Assembly: GCA_963827685.1 (NCBI GenBank)
Contig: CAWHBU010000005.1
Coordinates: 128,001 to 192,000, forward strand
Length of the DNA: 64,000 bases
DNA from: an uncultured delta proteobacterium
GTDB lineage: Bacteria; Desulfobacterota; BSN033; UBA1163
Direction of reading: 5' to 3'
The notes below the pieces were generated by a model. It was not told the DNA's origin and searched no databases. It was given only the letters and a program-made list of their open reading frames with translations. A program made the translations under genes and the position numbers. How positions within the stretch are numbered: position 1 is the first letter of the stretch; each line of letters opens with the position of its first letter. Positions 36,595-46,738 of the stretch are shown here, piece after piece.

Positions 36595-37647
36595 TTATCC
36601 TAAATGAACAACATAACCGCTTCGTGAGGATTCATAAATTGCATCGATTAGGCGCATTGCTTGTAAACCGTCCACACCATTGGCTACTGGTTGACGCGCT
36701 TCATGGATTGCTGTGGCAAATTCAGTCCATTCAGCGTGCCACGAGCAATCGGGGCCGGGGAATTCGAAATGTTCTTCGTCAGGTGGACCTGACTCGGCAT
36801 GCCGTTTACTCCATGTTAAACGCTCCAACCCGTAATTGCCGCCTAAGCCATCCACACAAAGATATCCGTTCTTTCCAAAAATTTCGAAAGAAAACCGGTT
36901 CTTCCACTGTGTCCAACTTGTATGCCATTGAGCGACCCGACCGTCATCAGTGCGGAGCACGACGAAGGCGTTGTCCTCCAGTTGGTAACTCAGGGCAGTC
37001 TCTCGGCTACCACCCTGAGTCTTGAAATATCCCAGATCCCAGAAATAGGTTGCAATTGAGCCAAAGGCTTCCCCAAAATCGCCCATAAACCAGCGGCAGA
37101 GGTCTATGATATGTACTCCCTGATCGAGAAGCTCTCCGCCACCAGCCAAATCAGGATCAGCCCGCCATTCTTTGTCGTAACCGGGCCGGCCACCGTGTCC
37201 ATACACCGCTCGTATGAACATGATGGGACCGATTGAACCCTGGCTGCACAGTTCGTGAGCCCTCAAAATTGCCGGGTGATGGCGGTGATTGAAACCAGTC
37301 TTTAAAAGAAGATTTGCGCGCCGAGCAGCTTCGACCATCTGATGGGCCTCATTGCAGTTGCGACCCAGCGGTTTTTCGCACAGAACGTGCTTGCCGTGTT
37401 CCATCGCCGCAACGGTAACCGGCATCAGAAACTTATTCGTCGTTGAGACAATCACAGCTTCAATATCGTCCCTGGTCACAACCTCTTGCCAATTCGTCGT
37501 CGCCAAGCAATCCATTTCCGCTGCTAAACTTCTGGCGCGCAACCCATCAATGTCTGCCACAATGATGAGCTCATCGTCCTTCGATTGGTGCACGACATTG
37601 GCTCTACGCTTCCCTATTAGACCGCACCCAACAATGCCAATTTTCAT
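36595..37647 (-). CDS. Gfo/Idh/MocA oxidoreductase
   Basis: GCGLIG, HVLCEKP, GGGELLDQGVH. Confidence 0.92.
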   Translation of the reverse strand: MKIGIVGCGLIGKRRANVVHQSKDDELIIVADIDGLRARSLAAEMDCLATTNWQEVVTRDDIEAVIVSTTNKFLMPVTVAAMEHGKHVLCEKPLGRNCNEAHQMVEAARRANLLLKTGFNHRHHPAILRAHELCSQGSIGPIMFIRAVYGHGGRPGYDKEWRADPDLAGGGELLDQGVHIIDLCRWFMGDFGEAFGSIATYFWDLGYFKTQGGSRETALSYQLEDNAFVVLRTDDGRVAQWHTSWTQWKNRFSFEIFGKNGYLCVDGLGGNYGLERLTWSKRHAESGPPDEEHFEFPGPDCSWHAEWTEFATAIHEARQPVANGVDGLQAMRLIDAIYESSRSGYVVHLG

Positions 37648-37650
37648 CTA

Positions 37651-38511
37651 TTAACCCAAATCCTTGATCAGAGGTTTGATCGTAAAGGGATCCAGGCGAC
37701 GAATCGTATACATGGGCGTGGCATTGAGTTCATCTGCCTTTCCTACCCACTCCTGCCATGGATCATGAGGTGCACTAATTAATTTGCCTGTTAAAGTACC
37801 GGATTCATCCGACGCAAGAAATATGGCTAGGGCAACAACCGCTTCCAAAGAATCACCACCACTGTGTTTTTGTCGTTTTGCCTGGGATAAGGCGAATTCA
37901 CCCACTGCATCACCAGCAGCCAGAACTTCATCCAACATTCGTGTATTGATCGCACCGGGAGCAATTGCATTGACCTGGATGTTAAAGGGTTTAACTTCTT
38001 CGGCCACTGTCTCTGTGAACCGCACTAACGCTGCCTTGGAGGCTGCGTAGGCAGAGAAGTTGGGACGGGGTGCTGTAGCACCACCCCCGGACAGGTTGAT
38101 AATCTTTCCTCGCTGTCGCTCGATCATGCCAGGAAGCACAGCCTTGCAACATAGCATCGGCCCCACTAAATTCACCAGGATTGTCTGAATCCAGTCTTGG
38201 GAGTCACATTCGACAATCAGACCAATTGGTGGCTGGCGGCCAGCATTATTGATTAAAATATCAATCTTCCCAAATTTGGCCAAAACCATCTGGATAAGCT
38301 GCTCTACAGAAGCAGGATCTGACACGTCGGTTGGTATTACAACTGCCTTACGCCCCATTTTCTGAATCTCGATAGCGCTCTTTTCAAGCTCCTTTTGTGT
38401 TCTTGCAGTTAAAACAACATTGGCTCCTTCCTGAGCGAAGCCATGTGCCAAAGCCTTTCCAATGCCACGGCCAGCACCAGTAATCAGTACAACCCTATTT
38501 TTGAGTTTCAT
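37651..38511 (-). CDS. SDR-family oxidoreductase
   Basis: TGAGRGIG, NNAG, YAASK. Confidence 0.92.
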   Translation of the reverse strand: MKLKNRVVLITGAGRGIGKALAHGFAQEGANVVLTARTQKELEKSAIEIQKMGRKAVVIPTDVSDPASVEQLIQMVLAKFGKIDILINNAGRQPPIGLIVECDSQDWIQTILVNLVGPMLCCKAVLPGMIERQRGKIINLSGGGATAPRPNFSAYAASKAALVRFTETVAEEVKPFNIQVNAIAPGAINTRMLDEVLAAGDAVGEFALSQAKRQKHSGGDSLEAVVALAIFLASDESGTLTGKLISAPHDPWQEWVGKADELNATPMYTIRRLDPFTIKPLIKDLG

Positions 38512-38570
38512 TAGTCTTTATAGTCCCTCTGGTCTATTTAGTCTATCTGGTTTATTGGATCTATTTAGCC
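38512..38570. repeat. One-sided degenerate 9-mer array
   Basis: TAGTCTTTA TAGTCCCTC TGGTCTATT TAGTCTATC TGGTTTATT GGATCTATT. Confidence 0.7.
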
Positions 38571-38631
38571 TTCCTTGTCCACCTGGTAAATGAAAATTTG
38601 ACTTAAAAATTAAGTCAGAGCGGGAGGGTAA

Positions 38632-40068
38632 TTACTGGCCTGTGCCTTTGAGGACGACCCAGGCCGTTTTGGCTAGGATCTTCATGTCGAGCCATAACGA
38701 CCAATTATCGATATATTCAAGGTCCATCCGCACCCATTCGTTGAAATCATTGATCTTGTTTCTCCCATTAGCTTGCCAGAGGCATGTAATGCCGGGTTTG
38801 ATGCTTAGCTTTCTTCTATGCCAGCTCTCATACCGAACCAATTCATGAGGGCCTGCCGGTCTGGGACCAACTAAGCTTATTTCTCCCCTAAACACACTCC
38901 ATAGTTGAGGTAGTTCATCAAGACTGTATTTTCGCAGAAATTTTCCCACCCTTGTAATCCTTGGATCATTTTTAATCTTAAAGACAGGACCTTTCATCTC
39001 ATTTAATTGGGCCAGCGTTTCTTTAATATCATCAGCATTGGCTAGCATTGTCCGAAACTTCCAACTCCGAAAAGGTTTCTTATTAAAGCCCACAACGTTC
39101 CACTTATAAAAAACTGGACCTCCGGAGGTTGATTTGATTAGTATTCCTATCACCAAGAAAAGCGGAGAGAGAACGATCAGCAAAGTTCCGGATATAAGAA
39201 TATCAATCAACCTTTTCAAATATAGGGCCCACTCATTATGGGGAGTATTTAAATAACTAATGATCGACAATCCATAAACATTATCTACATTAACTTTTTT
39301 GGTCAGCTTCCCCAGAAAGTCAGAATTAATGCGGATTTGAACCCCCTCTCGTTCACAGATTTCAAAAACTTCTTCAAACTCGAGGCGGCCCAATTCATTG
39401 CCTGAGGCACATACGATTACTTCGTCCACAGAATATTGATGAAGGATCTCTGCGATCTCTTTATTGCTCCCGAGGATCCTCTTCCCATAGCGTTCCTTCT
39501 CTTTGAGGGAATCACGATCCACCACGAGCCCAACGATATCCAGTCCCCATCCGAGATTCGCTTCAATGGTTTCAATGAAGGTCTTTGTCCTCGATCCAGC
39601 CCCAACGACAAGGACTTTCTTTCTATTTTTTCCCTTTCCCCGAATCTCTTTTGCAACTTTAAAGAGAATGACTTTTTCTCCGGCAAGGCTGATAAAGTTT
39701 ATAATGAAAAAGATACCAATGTAAGTTCGGGGAAAATATTCAAAACGGAATATGGAGTAAGCAGCAGAAAGGATGAGGGTGCCAATTAAAGAAGCCTTTC
39801 CAACATGTTTCATTTCCCGCTGAAAGGAAGTAAACCTTTGATAGGTGTAGGCCCCCAGCCTCGTGAGAATAATCACCCATACGATGGCAAAAACAATGAT
39901 TTTCCAAAAAAGATCATGGGCGATTTCAATATCTCTTCCAAGGGGGGCCCACGGAAAGGTTAGTCTTGCCCAGTTCCAGACGAAATACGCTGCTAAGAAG
40001 CTGAAGGCAGTAGTTAGAGCATCAGCCAGTTGGGCAATTCTTCTATGATAACTCGGCCGCCAGAGCAT
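38632..40068 (-). CDS. Priming polyprenyl-phosphate hexose-1-P transferase (WcaJ/CpsE-like)
   Basis: KRLID, KFRTM, DPRIT.VG, DELPQ, KPGIT. Confidence 0.93.
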   Translation of the reverse strand: MLWRPSYHRRIAQLADALTTAFSFLAAYFVWNWARLTFPWAPLGRDIEIAHDLFWKIIVFAIVWVIILTRLGAYTYQRFTSFQREMKHVGKASLIGTLILSAAYSIFRFEYFPRTYIGIFFIINFISLAGEKVILFKVAKEIRGKGKNRKKVLVVGAGSRTKTFIETIEANLGWGLDIVGLVVDRDSLKEKERYGKRILGSNKEIAEILHQYSVDEVIVCASGNELGRLEFEEVFEICEREGVQIRINSDFLGKLTKKVNVDNVYGLSIISYLNTPHNEWALYLKRLIDILISGTLLIVLSPLFLVIGILIKSTSGGPVFYKWNVVGFNKKPFRSWKFRTMLANADDIKETLAQLNEMKGPVFKIKNDPRITRVGKFLRKYSLDELPQLWSVFRGEISLVGPRPAGPHELVRYESWHRRKLSIKPGITCLWQANGRNKINDFNEWVRMDLEYIDNWSLWLDMKILAKTAWVVLKGTGQ

Positions 40069-40237
40069 TAAAACTTTTCTCTAAAAAGTTACCATCCGAA
40101 TTTGATATGAGAATATATCTACTGGATTCTTAGTAGGCTCCATATTGAAAGTTCTTCTTCCAATTTCATTCCTCCGAGTTTGTAGCCGACTCAACTGTCT
40201 ACTTTTGTCTTTCTGAAATGCACAACGATTTCAGATT

Positions 40238-41710
40238 TTACCAATGGAAGAACTTCTTCCGGGTCCAATGCATAAGCTTGATATCCAAGCCTCGATTAAA
40301 ATTATGTTTTCGCCATCTCCATCTGTAGAAGTTTGCAATGTACCGGAGTGGAAACAAAGGGACAGGCACTCCACCCAAGGCTTGTCGTAGCCTACGTTCC
40401 AATCTAGTCCCATCAATGAGTTTGGATGTGAACATAATGGTCTCTAGCAAGTTGAGCCTGTCCTGGATCCAGGGAGTTGCTAAGTGCTGGCGATGGAAAA
40501 CAGTCCACTTCTCCAAAGAATCTGGAGGATTGAACCCATGCTCCATGGCAAAATCAAATATTTCTGTGCCTGGATACGGGACAAGGACATAGAAACCTGA
40601 TATTTGTGCCTTGGGGTTGTCGTCAAGCAACTGAATGGCAAGGTCTACGCTTTGCATCAATTCATCATATGTTTCGGTAGGAAACCCCATCATGAGGTTG
40701 TAGAGAGGCTCAATGCTCGTCTGGGCGAGGCGACGGTTAGCTTCTATCATGTCGGCTACAGTCTCTCCTTTCTTGATCAGTTTCAGTATACGCTCTGAAC
40801 CTGATTCTATTCCCGGTTGTACCGCACATAGCCCCCCCTTCTCCATCTTAGATAGATTCACTCTTCGAAGTCCGTCCATCCTTCCTTGAATCCACCATCT
40901 GAACTTGCCATCAATTAATGCGGCAATCTTTTCCGCCCTTGCTCCATTGATTAAAAATTCTTCATCGTGGAAAGTAACTGCATCTAGATCAAATCTACCA
41001 ACAAGGTCTGCTAGTTGCTCATAGGTTTTCTTCGCACTCATGCTTCTCCAGCGTCGTCGAGATAGCCGAGGGTTACAACAGTATGTGCATTGCCACGGAC
41101 ATCCGCGGCTGGATATGAATATCAGGCTCCTGGTGGTTTCCCCAAGAAATCTGCCCTGACTCCCAATATACTTCTCTACACCCACCAAGTGGTAGGGGAG
41201 TTCGGGGAGATTCTCAATATCCACAAAATCCTCTGCTTCTGTCTTGATAACTTTATCCCCGTGTTTGAACGTGATACCTCTGACATTTGCCAGATTCTGT
41301 TTTTTCTCCAAGGCTCTTAATAGGTTGCGGAAGCTCAATTCTCCTTCCCCAACCACTACAATATCAACCAGGGGATGTTGAACGGTTTGCTCCGGTAGCA
41401 GTGTCGCGTGGACGCCGCCCCAGACGAGTCTAGTTGAGTCACCATTTTCCTCTTTAACTATCTTAGCGGCTTCAAGTGCAAAGTGTATTTGGGGGCTGGT
41501 CATAGCAGTTACCCCAACACATAAGGGCTGCGACTTCAATTCTTGCTTGAGGCTCTCTTCCCAATGAGGATCTACCCGCTGGTCAATGATTTTGACATTA
41601 TAGTCCCGCGACACAAGGTTACTCACTGCGAGTAAGGACAGCGGTAGATCCACTGAAACCTTGGGAATGTCAAAACCAGTTTTGGGATACACCAATACTA
41701 CGTCTGCCAT
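40238..41710 (-). CDS. B12-binding radical SAM protein
   Basis: WGGVHAT, GEGE, SSRGCPWQCTYC, GIESGS. Confidence 0.92.
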   Translation of the reverse strand: MADVVLVYPKTGFDIPKVSVDLPLSLLAVSNLVSRDYNVKIIDQRVDPHWEESLKQELKSQPLCVGVTAMTSPQIHFALEAAKIVKEENGDSTRLVWGGVHATLLPEQTVQHPLVDIVVVGEGELSFRNLLRALEKKQNLANVRGITFKHGDKVIKTEAEDFVDIENLPELPYHLVGVEKYIGSQGRFLGETTRSLIFISSRGCPWQCTYCCNPRLSRRRWRSMSAKKTYEQLADLVGRFDLDAVTFHDEEFLINGARAEKIAALIDGKFRWWIQGRMDGLRRVNLSKMEKGGLCAVQPGIESGSERILKLIKKGETVADMIEANRRLAQTSIEPLYNLMMGFPTETYDELMQSVDLAIQLLDDNPKAQISGFYVLVPYPGTEIFDFAMEHGFNPPDSLEKWTVFHRQHLATPWIQDRLNLLETIMFTSKLIDGTRLERRLRQALGGVPVPLFPLRYIANFYRWRWRKHNFNRGLDIKLMHWTRKKFFHW

Positions 41711-41711
41711 T

Positions 41712-41825
41712 TTATTCTTCTTTTACAATTTGATATAAAAGGTAAGCGGTTATGAAACTGAATGCTACAGACATGGCGCCAGCCAGTTGAACAATTCTTC
41801 TATGATGTGTTGTCCGCCAGAACAT
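41712..41825 (-). pseudogene. 37-codon fragment homologous to the N-terminus of the priming transferase
   Basis: MFWRTTHHRRIVQLAGAMSVAFSFITAY vs MLWRPSYHRRIAQLADALTTAFSFLAAY. Confidence 0.8.
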
Positions 41826-41854
41826 ACTTGAATACAGTAGTTACTCTTTCCGCT

Positions 41855-42580
41855 TCATAAACGTTTCAATACGAAGTTGAAGTTATTCCTCAGCCTGCCT
41901 ATATACGGCAACCGGCATAGCATTCTATCGAGGCTCCACAGCACACTCACCATATGATTGATTTTAGGTAAATTCATTGGAAAGAATTGGAATTGTTCCG
42001 TGGTCAGAACCGTAAATCCTTCTTGCCGAAGAATGCTAACCACATCCGACAGTCCATAGGAACGAAGGTTCGTGTAAGGGCTGTGGCCACTGAGCCCCAT
42101 TTTTGTAAGCCAGTATTTTTTGTTTGGAAAGACTCCACAAAAATAAAGTCCGCCATCGTATAGTATGCGTCGTACGTTCCGGATAAACGTCCGTATATCC
42201 TCAATCAACTCGAGCACTGCCGCCTCAAACAGTCCCCCAAGAAAAACATCTGGGTAGATTGACAGATCTCCATCTTGTTGGATGCTGTAGGGGATCCTCA
42301 GGCGTTTTAGGACTTCTTCATAATGCGGTTTGACTTCAAACACCGTAACTTCGTAGCCCCAGTTTTTTAAGAAGAAGGAGACTTTCCCAAACCCTCCCCC
42401 AAGATCAAGCAGACGCGTACCTCGTCGGCAATACCGGCGAACCTGATCGGCTATACATAGGTAACGCATGATTCCGAGGCGACTGGCAATTCGATTTGCA
42501 TCATCAGAAATACGAGGACGGGTAGTCCCGATCTTCAGAATTGTTTCGACTGCTTCGTGATTCTCTGCCAGTAGCTTCAT
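41855..42580 (-). CDS. Class I SAM-dependent methyltransferase
   Basis: LLDLGGGFG, VLE.I.D; ATGA coupling to upstream gene. Confidence 0.82.
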   Translation of the reverse strand: MKLLAENHEAVETILKIGTTRPRISDDANRIASRLGIMRYLCIADQVRRYCRRGTRLLDLGGGFGKVSFFLKNWGYEVTVFEVKPHYEEVLKRLRIPYSIQQDGDLSIYPDVFLGGLFEAAVLELIEDIRTFIRNVRRILYDGGLYFCGVFPNKKYWLTKMGLSGHSPYTNLRSYGLSDVVSILRQEGFTVLTTEQFQFFPMNLPKINHMVSVLWSLDRMLCRLPYIGRLRNNFNFVLKRL

Positions 42581-43689
42581 TGCTTCGGACCTAGCTTCCG
42601 GATCGCTTGACATACTATATTGATCTGTTCGTCAGTGAGTGCACAACCCGAAGGTAGATAGAGGCCTCGCATCCATAGGTTTTCGGCCTCTGGACAAGGC
42701 AATGGTCGCACGGCATTTCTCTTTTGATAGACCGGTTGAATATTGAGGGGGTAGAAGAAGGTGCGTGTATCGATTTTACGCTCGGACAACGCTTTAGCCA
42801 AATCATCGCGCGTTATTCCAAACTCTGGATCAACCACGATGCCATACATCCAATAAATGTTCCTTGCATAATCTTTCTCAACAGGCAAACGCAGTCCCCG
42901 CACCCCAACTAATTGCTCGGTGTATTTGCGAGCGATTGCCCGCTTCGTTTCGATGATTTCTTCAATGCGTTCCAACTGAGCTAAGCCGATTGCAGCCTGA
43001 ACGTTCGTCATGCGATAGTTGAAGCCGAGTTCTTCATGGCGAAAACGTGGTTGAGAAAAGGCTAAATTCCTCAGCAACCTGGCTTTGTCAGCCAGATCAG
43101 GATTGTTCGTCGTGATCATTCCGCCTTCACCCGTGGTGATGACCTTATTAGCATAGAAACTAAAGCATGCCAGGTCCCCAAGGCTGCCAACTTTGCGGCC
43201 TTTACAAAGCGCCCCATGAGCCTCCGCGCAATCTTCTACCACAAACAATTTATATTTCTTAGCAACTCTGTTTACCTCATCCATGTCCACCGGATGGCCG
43301 TAGATATGAACTGGCAGGATTGCTTTTGTGCTTGAGGTAACGGCTCGTTCAAGCAAGCGCGTGTCCATATTCCATGTGTCCCGCTCAGAATCAATCGGGA
43401 CAATAACCCCCCCCTCCATCACCACGCAATTACCGCATGCAATGTTGGTGCAAGCATTTACCAGTACTTCATCACCGGGTTGAATCCCAATTACCGCCAT
43501 GGCAAGGTGCAGCGCAGTCGAGCCACTCGAGGTCGAGATTCCAAATTTGCAATCACAATAAGCAGCAAATTTGTCTTCAAACAGTTTAATGAACCTGCCA
43601 AATGAACCAGATATTTCTCCTGAACGAATAGCTTCTATAGCCAGTTCTACTTCTTTATCTTCGATAACAGGCTGGTGAACCGGAATCAC
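42577..43689 (-). CDS. per: DegT/DnrJ aminotransferase, perosamine synthase-like
   Basis: EDCAEAHG, SFYANKVITTGEGG, GFNYRMTN; gmd in same locus. Confidence 0.85.
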   Translation of the reverse strand: MIPVHQPVIEDKEVELAIEAIRSGEISGSFGRFIKLFEDKFAAYCDCKFGISTSSGSTALHLAMAVIGIQPGDEVLVNACTNIACGNCVVMEGGVIVPIDSERDTWNMDTRLLERAVTSSTKAILPVHIYGHPVDMDEVNRVAKKYKLFVVEDCAEAHGALCKGRKVGSLGDLACFSFYANKVITTGEGGMITTNNPDLADKARLLRNLAFSQPRFRHEELGFNYRMTNVQAAIGLAQLERIEEIIETKRAIARKYTEQLVGVRGLRLPVEKDYARNIYWMYGIVVDPEFGITRDDLAKALSERKIDTRTFFYPLNIQPVYQKRNAVRPLPCPEAENLWMRGLYLPSGCALTDEQINIVCQAIRKLGPKQ

Positions 43690-44105
43690 AGTTGCTCCTC
43701 AGACAAATAAACTTTCTCAGCTTCCACGCCATAGTAAGGTCCTTGTTTGACTTCAAGTATACAGCAGCGTTCCAGGACCCTTAATCCGTGCCCACCATTC
43801 ATTAGGATAATTACATCTCCTGCTGCCATTTGTTGGACCCCCAATAGTTTCCCAACGGGCGAATAGAACTGGATCTCTATCCGACCCTCTATGACAAAGA
43901 GTACTTCGTAAGTCGAATGCACCAACTTGTCTTGATTGCGATGAACGTGAGGTTTAATATACTTTTCGGCGGGGTGAACTAGAAGACCAAGTTGCAGCGG
44001 CATGCTACTCGGTGTCAGAAAATGGACACCTTCTTCAAGGGGCTGCTTCGGGAACAGAAGGGCATACTGAACTCCATTAAATTCAATTGGTATCATACTA
44101 GCCAT
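43686..44105 (-). CDS. Cupin-fold protein of polysaccharide loci
   Basis: PHVH...E...G, GGHG, EVKQGPY. Confidence 0.8.
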   Translation of the reverse strand: MASMIPIEFNGVQYALLFPKQPLEEGVHFLTPSSMPLQLGLLVHPAEKYIKPHVHRNQDKLVHSTYEVLFVIEGRIEIQFYSPVGKLLGVQQMAAGDVIILMNGGHGLRVLERCCILEVKQGPYYGVEAEKVYLSEEQL

Positions 44106-44115
44106 GGTGATTGTC

Positions 44116-45300
44116 CTACTTTGATCTCGTTTTTTGATTCGCCAAATTCAGGTAAATCTTCTCAATCTGACGACACAGATTTTCCACACTATATTGCCGC
44201 GCCCATTCAATCGCTCTCCGACTCATTTCCTGTCTGTGCTTGACATCGCTCTTGAAGTACTCATGAAGCTTGTCAGCAATGGCTCTTGGTGTTTCCTCTG
44301 TTACCCATTGACCATTTTGCCCTTCGACAATTAAGTTTTCATCCAGGCCTAATGGATGCCGCACAGCAATAGTCGGAACTCCACAGGCATTCGCCTCCAG
44401 GCAGGTAATACTGCCCCCACCCTCTTTAGTAGAAGGATTGACAAAAAGTTGCGCCGACTTGACGTAGCCTAACAAATCATCATAATGTTCGATGCGCCCG
44501 AGGAAATCAACCTGCGATCCAATTTGTAACTCTTGTGCCAGCTTCTCGAGGTTCTGACGCTCCGGGCCATCACCTAAGATCTTTGTTCCAAGAACTAGAC
44601 CTTCATTCCTGCACAATGCAAGCGCTTTTAATAATACACCCACATTTTTGTGATCCTTTAGGCGCCCGAAATAACACACCTCGTAAGGCGAGCCGATGGG
44701 TACTAGTTCCACAATGTGTTCGTAGTCAATCCAGTTCGGGACATAGTACGTCGAACCTGGGTCACAACCAATCGCCAACAGTTGCCGATGCGAGTGGTCT
44801 GAAACAGCGATGATGTTGCCGGCAAATCGAGCAGTCCATCGCTCGACTAATCTCCCTACTTTTCCTTTGCTCTGCCCTAGATATTCTAGCCAATGATCAC
44901 CCCAGAACTCATACCAGCTTACAACGACTGGCGTGTGCCGCAACACTGTGTAAAGCTTGCCCGCGAACAAATGAAAAAATGGATATTGAGACATATCCAC
45001 AACGTCGAACTGTTCGCGCATCAACACTAATCCTAGCGCCGGTACCCCAAACTGAAGTGCCTCCTTGATCGAACGCCGGCTACCGTTGAAGGCGTCGATC
45101 CGGTCGATAATGCAACGGATTCGTATGCCTTCAACAAGCTGTTGGGGGGCACCATCCCACTGCCTGGAAGTAAACCAAGTAACACAGTGCCCTTTTGAGA
45201 CCAAATATTTTGCCAGTGTATAATAACGACTTTCAACTCCGCCCTTGGTAAAAGGATAACAGAAATCAGAGACTAAAGCGACCTTAAGTCTATACTGCAT
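44116..45300 (-). CDS. GT4 glycosyltransferase
   Basis: GGVESR, GRLKDHK, EG....LEANACG; start ATG 45300. Confidence 0.9.
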   Translation of the reverse strand: MQYRLKVALVSDFCYPFTKGGVESRYYTLAKYLVSKGHCVTWFTSRQWDGAPQQLVEGIRIRCIIDRIDAFNGSRRSIKEALQFGVPALGLVLMREQFDVVDMSQYPFFHLFAGKLYTVLRHTPVVVSWYEFWGDHWLEYLGQSKGKVGRLVERWTARFAGNIIAVSDHSHRQLLAIGCDPGSTYYVPNWIDYEHIVELVPIGSPYEVCYFGRLKDHKNVGVLLKALALCRNEGLVLGTKILGDGPERQNLEKLAQELQIGSQVDFLGRIEHYDDLLGYVKSAQLFVNPSTKEGGGSITCLEANACGVPTIAVRHPLGLDENLIVEGQNGQWVTEETPRAIADKLHEYFKSDVKHRQEMSRRAIEWARQYSVENLCRQIEKIYLNLANQKTRSK

Positions 45301-45464
45301 CTTTTGATTATCAATCCTATGGAACCCGGCCCAATTAGGAAAACAACTATTTGGACAAAATATGAATGATAGATATGTTTGGAGTGCACCCCTGAAACTG
45401 GACAAAATGTGTTAGAGTGGTGACAGGATCTTAGCCCCCTGAATGGGGGAGAAAGGATCTTGTC

Positions 45465-45812
45465 ATGAGAAACCAACGGCGCTTTTCTCCAGAACTTAAA
45501 CGTTCTATCGTCGAAGAGCTTTTGAGCCAAACCTCCTCTCCTGCCCAGATCTGTCGACGCCATAATATCTCCTCCGGCCTCCTCTATCATTGGAAAAGAC
45601 AATATGCCCGAGGGAAATTCGGCAATGAACCGACCAAGGAAGCAGCCCTGGCCGATCGCGTCGAACAGCTGGAACGACTGGTCGGCCAGTTGACCCTGGA
45701 AAAAGAGTTCTTAAAAAAAGCCTTGAAACATACCCTCGAAAAAGCCGACAGAAGAGAGAATTCCTTCTCCATCACCTCCATAAAGGAATCCAAGGGGGGT
45801 GTCAGCTCATGA
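45465..45812 (+). CDS. IS3 OrfA (HTH)
   Basis: RRFSPELK, ICRRHNIS..LLYHWK; A7G at 45713-45720 with open -1 frame into OrfB. Confidence 0.9.
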   Translation: MRNQRRFSPELKRSIVEELLSQTSSPAQICRRHNISSGLLYHWKRQYARGKFGNEPTKEAALADRVEQLERLVGQLTLEKEFLKKALKHTLEKADRRENSFSITSIKESKGGVSS

Positions 45813-46633
45813 ATCTTCCGAGGAGTAGCTTCTATTATCCGCCGAGAGAGAAAACGCCCTCTCAACAAGAACAGGAGAAGACTCTCGAGGGACGAATTGA
45901 AGCCCTCTGTTTGGAATTCCCTCGCTATGGCTATCGAAGGGTAACGGCTCAGTTGCATCGTGAAGGTCTTCTCATCAACCACAAGAAAGTCCTTAAGATC
46001 ATGAAAGCCAATGATTTAGTCTGCCGCCCGCACAGGAAATGGGTCAGAACGACCCAGAGCGATCATGGCTACCCCCTCTATCCCAATCTTCTGAAGGATC
46101 GTCCTATTACGGCCATCAATCAGGCTTGGGTTGCCGATATTACCTATATCCGTATTACTTCGTGCTTTGTCTATCTGTCTGTTCTGTTGGATCTCTTCTC
46201 TCGAAAGGCTATCGGCTATGCGGTGTCTCAAAGTCTTCATGCCTCATTGACTCTTCAAGCCTTAGGGATGGCTTTGTCTCAAAGGGACCCTCCCCGAGGC
46301 TGCATCCACCACTCTGACCAAGGGGTTCAGTATGCCTCTTGGGAGTATGTTCAAAGGTTGAAGAATCACCATTTTCAAATCAGCATGGCTCGTAGAGGAA
46401 ACCCCTATGATAATGCCTTTGCTGAGAGCTTTATTAAGACCCTCAAGAGTGAGGAAATCGATCTTTGGGAGTATCGGACTCTTGAGGACGTTCACCAACG
46501 ACTTCCCTTTTTTATTGAAGAAGTGTATAACAAGAAACGATTGCACTCTGCACTGGGATATTTACCCCCAGATGAATTTGAAGCCATGGTCATAAAGACT
46601 AATAACTTTCTACACCCCTGTCTATCACTCTAA
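45809..46633 (+). CDS. IS3 OrfB DDE transposase
   Basis: YGYRR, WVADITY, HHSDQG.QY, DNA.AESF, RLHSALGY. Confidence 0.93.
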   Translation: MNLPRSSFYYPPREKTPSQQEQEKTLEGRIEALCLEFPRYGYRRVTAQLHREGLLINHKKVLKIMKANDLVCRPHRKWVRTTQSDHGYPLYPNLLKDRPITAINQAWVADITYIRITSCFVYLSVLLDLFSRKAIGYAVSQSLHASLTLQALGMALSQRDPPRGCIHHSDQGVQYASWEYVQRLKNHHFQISMARRGNPYDNAFAESFIKTLKSEEIDLWEYRTLEDVHQRLPFFIEEVYNKKRLHSALGYLPPDEFEAMVIKTNNFLHPCLSL

Positions 46634-46738
46634 GTTTGATTGTCCAATCCCAGGGGTTCAGTCCAGTTTGTGATAATTAAGATAACCGATAATATGAATA
46701 ACGACCCTCAAAATGAAAGGCGCCGAATCGGGATTATT

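Larger units (their letters stand above)
45380..46665 (+). mobile_element. IS3-family insertion sequence
   Basis: IRs TGGAGTGCACCCCTGAAACTGGACAA / rc TGGACTGAACCCCTGGGATTGGACAA; 3-bp target duplication GTT. Confidence 0.93.

Noticed and set aside
45301-45405. N-terminal extension of the GT4 ORF
   Set aside because: It runs into the IS3 left end; the real start is likely ATG 45300
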